Shown here: positions 58,787-64,000 of the stretch, piece after piece
How the letters are laid out: each line of letters opens with the position of its first letter
Numbering within the stretch: position 1 is the first letter of the stretch
Source of the DNA: an uncultured Reyranella sp.
Lineage (GTDB): Bacteria > Pseudomonadota > Alphaproteobacteria > Reyranellales > Reyranellaceae
NCBI GenBank assembly: GCA_964588065.1
Contig: CAZPOS010000002.1
Location: forward strand, 5,482 to 69,481
Length of the DNA stretch: 64,000 nucleotides
Reading direction: 5' to 3'
Program-made: the position numbers and the translations under genes
Notes under the pieces: model-generated
Told to the model about the DNA's origin: nothing
Database searches by the model: none
The model's input: the letters and a program-made list of their open reading frames with translations, nothing else

Positions 58787-59548
58787 ATGAGCGCATCTTC
58801 CTTCTCGCGCTTCGCCGACCGCGCGACCATCCCCGCGGTCTACCTGGTGCTGCTGGTCGCCTGGGAAGTGTCCGTCCGCGTCTTCGCGATTCCCGCCTGG
58901 ATCCTGCCGGCCCCGACCGAGATCGGCAGAACGGCGCTGAAATGGGCGCCCGAACTCGGCTTCAACAGTCTCGTGACCTTGCGCGAAACCCTGGTCGGCT
59001 TTGCGCTCGCCATCGCACTGTCGTTGCCGCTCGCGGTGCTGATCGCCCTGAACGCGACCGCCCGCAAGCTGCTCTATCCGATCCTGCTCGGCCTCCAGTC
59101 GGTGCCCAAGGTCGCCGTGGCTCCCCTGATCATCCTGTGGCTCGGCCTCTCCGAATGGCCGAAGATCGTGATCGTCATCCTCGTCTGCTTCTTTCCGATC
59201 CTGGTCAACCTGATTGCCGGGCTGGAAGCCGCGCCGCGCACCATGCTCGACCTCATGCGGTCGCTCGGCGCCTCGCAGCACATGATCTTCCGGCGGCTAC
59301 GCATTCCCGTGGCGCTCCCGCACTTCTTCACCGGCTGCAAGGTAGCCGTGACCTTCGCCGTCATCGGTTCGGTCATCGGCGAGTTCGTGGCGGCGCAGGA
59401 GGGGCTCGGTTATCTCATCCTGATCTCGACGTCGCAGTCGCAGACCCCGCTCGCCTTCGCCGCCATCGCCCTGCTGACCCTGCTCAGCATCGCGCTCTTT
59501 CATGGCATCGAATGGATCGAGCGCCGCGTCGTCAACTGGACGCCCTGA
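58787..59548 (+). CDS. ABC permease (TauC/SsuC-like)
   Basis: LPAPTEI, QSVPKVAVAPL and VIGEFVAAQEGLG motifs. Confidence 0.93.
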   Translation: MSASSFSRFADRATIPAVYLVLLVAWEVSVRVFAIPAWILPAPTEIGRTALKWAPELGFNSLVTLRETLVGFALAIALSLPLAVLIALNATARKLLYPILLGLQSVPKVAVAPLIILWLGLSEWPKIVIVILVCFFPILVNLIAGLEAAPRTMLDLMRSLGASQHMIFRRLRIPVALPHFFTGCKVAVTFAVIGSVIGEFVAAQEGLGYLILISTSQSQTPLAFAAIALLTLLSIALFHGIEWIERRVVNWTP

Positions 59549-59585
59549 AGCCGCGCGTGCCATGACGGGCTTCGACGGAGGAAAG

Positions 59586-60179
59586 ATGGGCAGCGGCAAG
59601 CTGGACACGGACGGCAAACCGGAGACCGCGGTCGCGAAGCCGCAGCGGCCGGGCCGGCGCCCCACGGCCGGCGCCCGGGCCGCGCGCGACCAAGTGGACG
59701 CGATCTTTTCGCAGTGGCGCACGGAGCGGCCCGACATCGACACCAGCCCGGTGCAGATCTACGGCCTGATCGCCCGCATCCAGATCCAGTGCACCGCCTT
59801 CATCGAGGAAGCGCTCGTCCCATTCGATCTGACGCGCGGCACGTTCGACGTGCTCACCGCACTCCGGCGTGCCGGCACGCCCTACAGTCTCACGCCCAAG
59901 CAGCTGGTGCAGTCGCTGCTGCTCAGTGGCGCCGGCCTGACGAGCCGATTGAACAAACTCGAGTCGCAGAACCTGATCGCCCGCCTGGCGGAGCCCAGCG
60001 ACCGCCGCACCCTGCGGGTCCAGCTCACGGCGGCGGGCGAAGCCGTCATCAACGAGGCCATCCCGCGGGTCTTCGACGTGCAGCGCAGCCGCCTGCAGAA
60101 GCTGGGCGACGACGGCCAGAAGCGGCTTCTCGACGAGCTCTCCCGCTTCGCCGAAGCGATCGATACCTGGCCCGGCTAG
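59586..60179 (+). CDS. MarR family regulator, PecS/HucR (UrtR)-like
   Basis: DQVDAIFSQWRTERPD, FDVLTALRRAGTPY and SDRR wing motif; GGAGG RBS. Confidence 0.9.
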   Translation: MGSGKLDTDGKPETAVAKPQRPGRRPTAGARAARDQVDAIFSQWRTERPDIDTSPVQIYGLIARIQIQCTAFIEEALVPFDLTRGTFDVLTALRRAGTPYSLTPKQLVQSLLLSGAGLTSRLNKLESQNLIARLAEPSDRRTLRVQLTAAGEAVINEAIPRVFDVQRSRLQKLGDDGQKRLLDELSRFAEAIDTWPG

Positions 60180-60182
60180 TCG

Positions 60183-60482
60183 TTACCCGTGCTTGTGGGC
60201 CTTGTCGAAGGCCTTCTTCTGGTCGGCGGAGGCATCCTTCTGGAACTTCGCCTTCCACTCGTCGTAGGGCATGCCGTAGACGATCTCGCGGGCCTTCGGA
60301 TCGGCGATCTCGATGCCCTGCTTGCCGGCCTCCTCGCGATACCAGCGCGACAGGCAGTTGCGGCAGAAGCCGGCCAGGTTCATCAGGTCGATGTTCTGAA
60401 CGTCGGTCCGCTCCTGAAGGTGCGACACCAGACGCCGGAAGGCGGCGGCTTCGAGTTCCGTGCGGGTCTTGTCGTCCATCAT
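60183..60482 (-). CDS. DUF1244 family protein
   Basis: ELEAAAFRRL, DLMNLAGFCRNCLS and YGMPY motifs. Confidence 0.92.
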   Translation of the reverse strand: MMDDKTRTELEAAAFRRLVSHLQERTDVQNIDLMNLAGFCRNCLSRWYREEAGKQGIEIADPKAREIVYGMPYDEWKAKFQKDASADQKKAFDKAHKHG

Positions 60483-60539
60483 CGGCTCCCGGAAGTGAGG
60501 ACTGAAATCCAGGTGCGGATATAGGCTCGGGCGTCCCGA

Positions 60540-61313
60540 TTAACCAGACGCCAGGGCCTTTTTGATGGAGGCAGAGATCGCGGGCGCGAGCCTGCGGCCC
60601 CAGGCACGGGCATCGTCCGGCGTGCCGATCAGGTCCTGTCGTACCTCCAGCGAACAATGCGGCAGCGCCCGCGGCCGCGCATGGGCGGTCAGCGTGTATT
60701 CGTAAGATGCGCGCGCCGAATAGGGTTCGTTGTCGCCGACCACCAGCGAGGGATCGCGGCGCAGCTCTTCCAGCAGCGGCTCGGGCAGGCGCGGATCGTC
60801 GTTCCACAGCACACCGACATGCCAGGGGCGCACGAAGCCCTTCATCACCGGCGTGAAACTGTGCATCACCAGAAGGCAGACTTGCCGCCCATCCGCCGTC
60901 ATCGCATCGAGCAACCGGTCGACCTCGCGGTGATAGGGCCAGAAGCAGGCCTCGGCCCTTGCGTCGACCTGCTGTTTGGTCAGGTCCTTGTTGGCCGGGA
61001 TGACCGTCTCGTCGCTGATCTCCGGCGTCGAGCCCTCGCCGGCCGGCCAGCGGTTGCAGTCGATGACCAGCCGCGAATAGCCCGATGCGACCAGCGGCGC
61101 GTCGAGCACATTCGACAGCTCGAGCGCCGCGTCGAGCCCGCCGATATCCCAGCCGATGTGCCGTGAGAGTTCACTCGAGGGAATGCCGAGATCGCCCAGC
61201 GCCTGCGGCACCGCGTTGCTGGCGTGATCGCAGAGCAGCAACAGCGGCGCCCGCCCCTGTTCGTTGAAGACGGAGAACGGCGGCGGATCGCCCGGCCGGA
61301 GCAATGGTTGCAT
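60540..61313 (-). CDS. N-formylglutamate amidohydrolase family protein
   Basis: CDHAS, HIGWDIG, SRLVIDCNR, HSFTP and GDNEPY motifs. Confidence 0.92.
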   Translation of the reverse strand: MQPLLRPGDPPPFSVFNEQGRAPLLLLCDHASNAVPQALGDLGIPSSELSRHIGWDIGGLDAALELSNVLDAPLVASGYSRLVIDCNRWPAGEGSTPEISDETVIPANKDLTKQQVDARAEACFWPYHREVDRLLDAMTADGRQVCLLVMHSFTPVMKGFVRPWHVGVLWNDDPRLPEPLLEELRRDPSLVVGDNEPYSARASYEYTLTAHARPRALPHCSLEVRQDLIGTPDDARAWGRRLAPAISASIKKALASG

Positions 61314-61342
61314 CGCGCCCCTATAGTGCGAAGATCGGGCAA

Positions 61343-62620
61343 ATGAAAGATGCCGACGCCCGCGCCCTGCTGCGCGCCCTCTTCGACGCCGCCCTCGCCG
61401 CCGCTCGCCCCGCCACCTGCCTCGCCCCCTACATCGAAAAGCTGCAGCCGCCCAAGGGCCGCACCGTCGTGATCGGCGCCGGCAAGGCGAGCGCCGCCAT
61501 GGCGCGCGCCGTCGAGGACCAGTGGCCGCATCCGCTCGAAGGGCTGGTGGTGACGCGCTACGGCTATGGCGAGACCTGCCAGCGCATCGAGATCGTCGAG
61601 GCCGCGCATCCCGTGCCAGACGACAAGGGGCGCGAGGCCGCCGGCCGCATCCACCAGCGAGTCCAGGGGCTGAGCGCCGACGATCTCGTGCTCTGCCTGA
61701 TCTCGGGCGGCGCCTCGGCCCTGCTCGCCCTGCCGGCACCGGGGCTCACCCTGAACGACAAGCAGGAGGTCAACCGCGCGCTGCTGAAGTCGGGCGCCAA
61801 CATCGGCGAGATGAACACGGTGCGGAAGCATCTCTCGGCCATCAAGGGCGGCCGGCTTGCAATCGCGGCCCAGCCGGCGCGCGTGCTCTCCTGGCTGATC
61901 TCGGACGTGCCGAACGATGACCCCGGCGTCATTGGCTCCGGCCCCACCGTCGCCGACAAGACGACCTTCGCCGACGCACTGGCCGTGCTTGCGAAGTACC
62001 GGATCGATCCGCCCGCCGCCGTGCTGAAGCATCTGCAGGACGGCGCGGCCGGGCGCATCGAGGAGACGCCGAAGCCCGGCGATTCGCGCCTCGCCAATGT
62101 CGAGACGATCATGGTCGCCACGCCGAAGCGCTCGCTCGAAGCCGCCGCCGGGGTTGCCCGAGAACATGGCGTCGAGGTTGTCATGCTGGGCGACAATCTC
62201 GAAGGCGAGGCCCGTGAACTCGGCGCGACGCATGCCAGCCAGGCCATCGAGATCGCCAAGCGCGGCGGCAAGCCCGTGGCGATCCTGTCCGGCGGCGAGA
62301 CCACCGTCGCGGTGCGCGGCAGAGGCCGCGGCGGCCGCAATGTCGAATATTTGTTGGCACAGGCCATCGCCGCCAACGGCGCGTCGGGCATCTGGGGCCT
62401 GTCGGCCGATACCGACGGTGTCGATGGCGCCGAAGACATAGCCGGGGCGGTGTTCACGCCCGACACACTCGCCCGCGCGCGTGCCAGGGGGCGCGATCCG
62501 CAGGCGATGCTCGACGACAATGACGGGCATGGCTTCTTCGAAGCGCTCGGTGACAGTCTCATCACCGGCCCGACGCGCACCAACGTCAACGATTTCAGAG
62601 CCACCCTGATCGCGCCATGA
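61343..62620 (+). CDS. glycerate kinase, class II (MOFRL)
   Basis: GAGKASAAMA, LISGGASAL, IKGGRL, SGGETTV, GRGGRN and TNVNDFR motifs. Confidence 0.93.
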   Translation: MKDADARALLRALFDAALAAARPATCLAPYIEKLQPPKGRTVVIGAGKASAAMARAVEDQWPHPLEGLVVTRYGYGETCQRIEIVEAAHPVPDDKGREAAGRIHQRVQGLSADDLVLCLISGGASALLALPAPGLTLNDKQEVNRALLKSGANIGEMNTVRKHLSAIKGGRLAIAAQPARVLSWLISDVPNDDPGVIGSGPTVADKTTFADALAVLAKYRIDPPAAVLKHLQDGAAGRIEETPKPGDSRLANVETIMVATPKRSLEAAAGVAREHGVEVVMLGDNLEGEARELGATHASQAIEIAKRGGKPVAILSGGETTVAVRGRGRGGRNVEYLLAQAIAANGASGIWGLSADTDGVDGAEDIAGAVFTPDTLARARARGRDPQAMLDDNDGHGFFEALGDSLITGPTRTNVNDFRATLIAP

Positions 62621-63036
62621 CGACCTATCCCGGCTCCTGCCACTGCGGTGCGATCAGGATCGCACTCACGTCCGACAAGAAACCCGAGGAGATGCGGATT
62701 GGACGCTGCGGCTGCAGCTTCTGCCGCCGCCACGGTGCCCGCACCATGGGCGATCCGGGCAGCACCGTAGAATTTCGGGCCGAACCCGGCGCCCTGACGC
62801 GCTATCGCTTCGGTCTCGGCATAACCGACTACCTCCTCTGCGCGCGTTGCGGCGCCTATGTGGGCGCGGTGATGCCACAGGAAGACGGCGCCATCGGCAT
62901 CGTCAACGTCAATTCCCTCGACATCCGCGATGCCTTCGATGCTGCGCCGCCGTTGCATCACTACGACGGCGAGGACGAAGCGCGGCGGCGCTCCCGGCGC
63001 CGAAAGTTCTGGATGCCCGCAACCGTGATCGCCTAG
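62617..63036 (+). CDS. GFA / CENP-V family protein
   Basis: GSCHCG, CGCSFC and CARCG zinc motifs. Confidence 0.9.
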   Translation: MTTYPGSCHCGAIRIALTSDKKPEEMRIGRCGCSFCRRHGARTMGDPGSTVEFRAEPGALTRYRFGLGITDYLLCARCGAYVGAVMPQEDGAIGIVNVNSLDIRDAFDAAPPLHHYDGEDEARRRSRRRKFWMPATVIA

Positions 63037-63044
63037 GGTCCCGC

Positions 63045-64000
63045 ATGGCCATTCTCGGAGTGATCGCCGACGACTTCACCGGCGCAACCGACATCGCGGG
63101 CATGCTCGTCAAAGGCGGCATGCGCACGATCCAGACAATCGGCGTGCCGGCGAAGGGCACGATCCCCGACGACGTCGACGCCGTCGTCGTCGCGCTGAAG
63201 ACGCGCTCGATCGCGGCGGCCGACGCGGTCGCGCAATCGCTCGACGCGCTGAAGGCGTTGCAGGCCGCCGGCTGCGTACGCTTTTTCTTCAAATACTGCT
63301 CGACCTTCGATTCGACCGACGCCGGCAATATCGGCCCGGTGGGCGATGCGTTGCTCGACGCGCTGAAAGCGAAGCAGGCGATCTACTGCCCCGCCTTTCC
63401 GGTGAACGGCCGAACGATCTTCTTCGGCCACCTGTTCGTGGGCGACGTTCTGCTCTCGGATTCGCACATGAAGCACCATCCGCTGACGCCGATGACCGAC
63501 GCAAGCCTGGTGCGTGTGCTGGCGCGGCAGACGCCGCACAAGGTCGGACTGGTTCCCCTGAAGCAGGTCCAGTCGGGCTCGGCGGTTCTGCGTGAAGCGC
63601 TCGACCGGCTCGCGGGCGACGGCGTTCGGCATGTCGTGGTCGATGCAGTGGCCGACACCGATCTCGGCATCATCGGCGAAGCGATCGGCGACGACGCGCT
63701 CGTCACCGGCGGCTCGGGCGTGGCGCTCGGCCTCCCGGCAGCCTATCGGCGGCGCGGCCTGATGGCCCATCGCTCCGGCGCCGACACGCTGCCAAGGATC
63801 GAGGGTGCCGCCGCGGTGCTCGCCGGCTCCTGCTCCGCCGCGACACTCGGCCAGATCAAGGCGTTCAAAGGACCGCATCTGGCGCTCGATACCGACGCGA
63901 TCTGTCGCGGCGAGGATGTCGCCGGCAAGGCACTCGACTGGGCCAGGGGCAAGCTGGGTAGCGGGCCGATCCTGCTGTCGGCCAGCGACACACCCGACTC
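63045..64000 (+). CDS. otnK: 3-oxo-tetronate kinase / four-carbon acid sugar kinase (3' truncated; absent from the ORF track)
   Basis: My translation: MAILGVIADDFTGATDIAGML, FKYCSTFDSTDAGNIGP, CPAFPVNGR, HHPLTPMTD, TGGSG and LAGSCSAAT. Confidence 0.9.
   Translation, partial: MAILGVIADDFTGATDIAGMLVKGGMRTIQTIGVPAKGTIPDDVDAVVVALKTRSIAAADAVAQSLDALKALQAAGCVRFFFKYCSTFDSTDAGNIGPVGDALLDALKAKQAIYCPAFPVNGRTIFFGHLFVGDVLLSDSHMKHHPLTPMTDASLVRVLARQTPHKVGLVPLKQVQSGSAVLREALDRLAGDGVRHVVVDAVADTDLGIIGEAIGDDALVTGGSGVALGLPAAYRRRGLMAHRSGADTLPRIEGAAAVLAGSCSAATLGQIKAFKGPHLALDTDAICRGEDVAGKALDWARGKLGSGPILLSASDTPD

Noticed and set aside
63033-63878. 281-aa minus-strand ORF at the window end
   Set aside because: Antisense shadow of the plus-strand otnK gene starting at 63045.

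Overview
High-GC alphaproteobacterial chromosomal DNA (Reyranella-like is my inference). I found no rRNA, tRNA, CRISPR or IS elements. (1) 0.2-19.3 kb, minus strand: a surface-polysaccharide locus with a short OPX/Wza, an OM beta-barrel, a secreted GPLQxx-repeat protein, seven GT-B glycosyltransferases, Wzm/Wzt, an AsnB-like amidotransferase, a priming transferase and an O-antigen-ligase-like protein. (2) About 20-43 kb: a general-stress-response (GSR) region with phyR, two tandem EcfG-like sigma factors, nepR, a HisKA_2 kinase and a CHASE3 hybrid kinase. Reading intergenic DNA by eye gave ten G(G/C)AAC-N16/17-CGTT promoters (seven GCAAC, three GGAAC). They precede csbD, DUF1328, egtBD, a VOC gene, a GNAT gene, three small membrane-protein ORFs and two ORF-less, terminator-ended units that are candidate new stress sRNAs. 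(3) 43-54 kb: flp/cpaA, psd-pssA, LysM, LOG, tandem monomeric and dimeric NADP-IDH, USP with an FNR/FixK box, a Bug-type protein and gapR. (4) 54.6-60.2 kb: a MarR-controlled N-heterocycle catabolic cassette (NicC-like monooxygenase, PuuE-like hydrolase, NMT1-type ABC) with two matching palindromic operators. (5) The window ends with DUF1244, formylglutamate amidohydrolase, glycerate kinase, GFA and a truncated otnK. Family assignments come from motif recognition and memory, not database searches.
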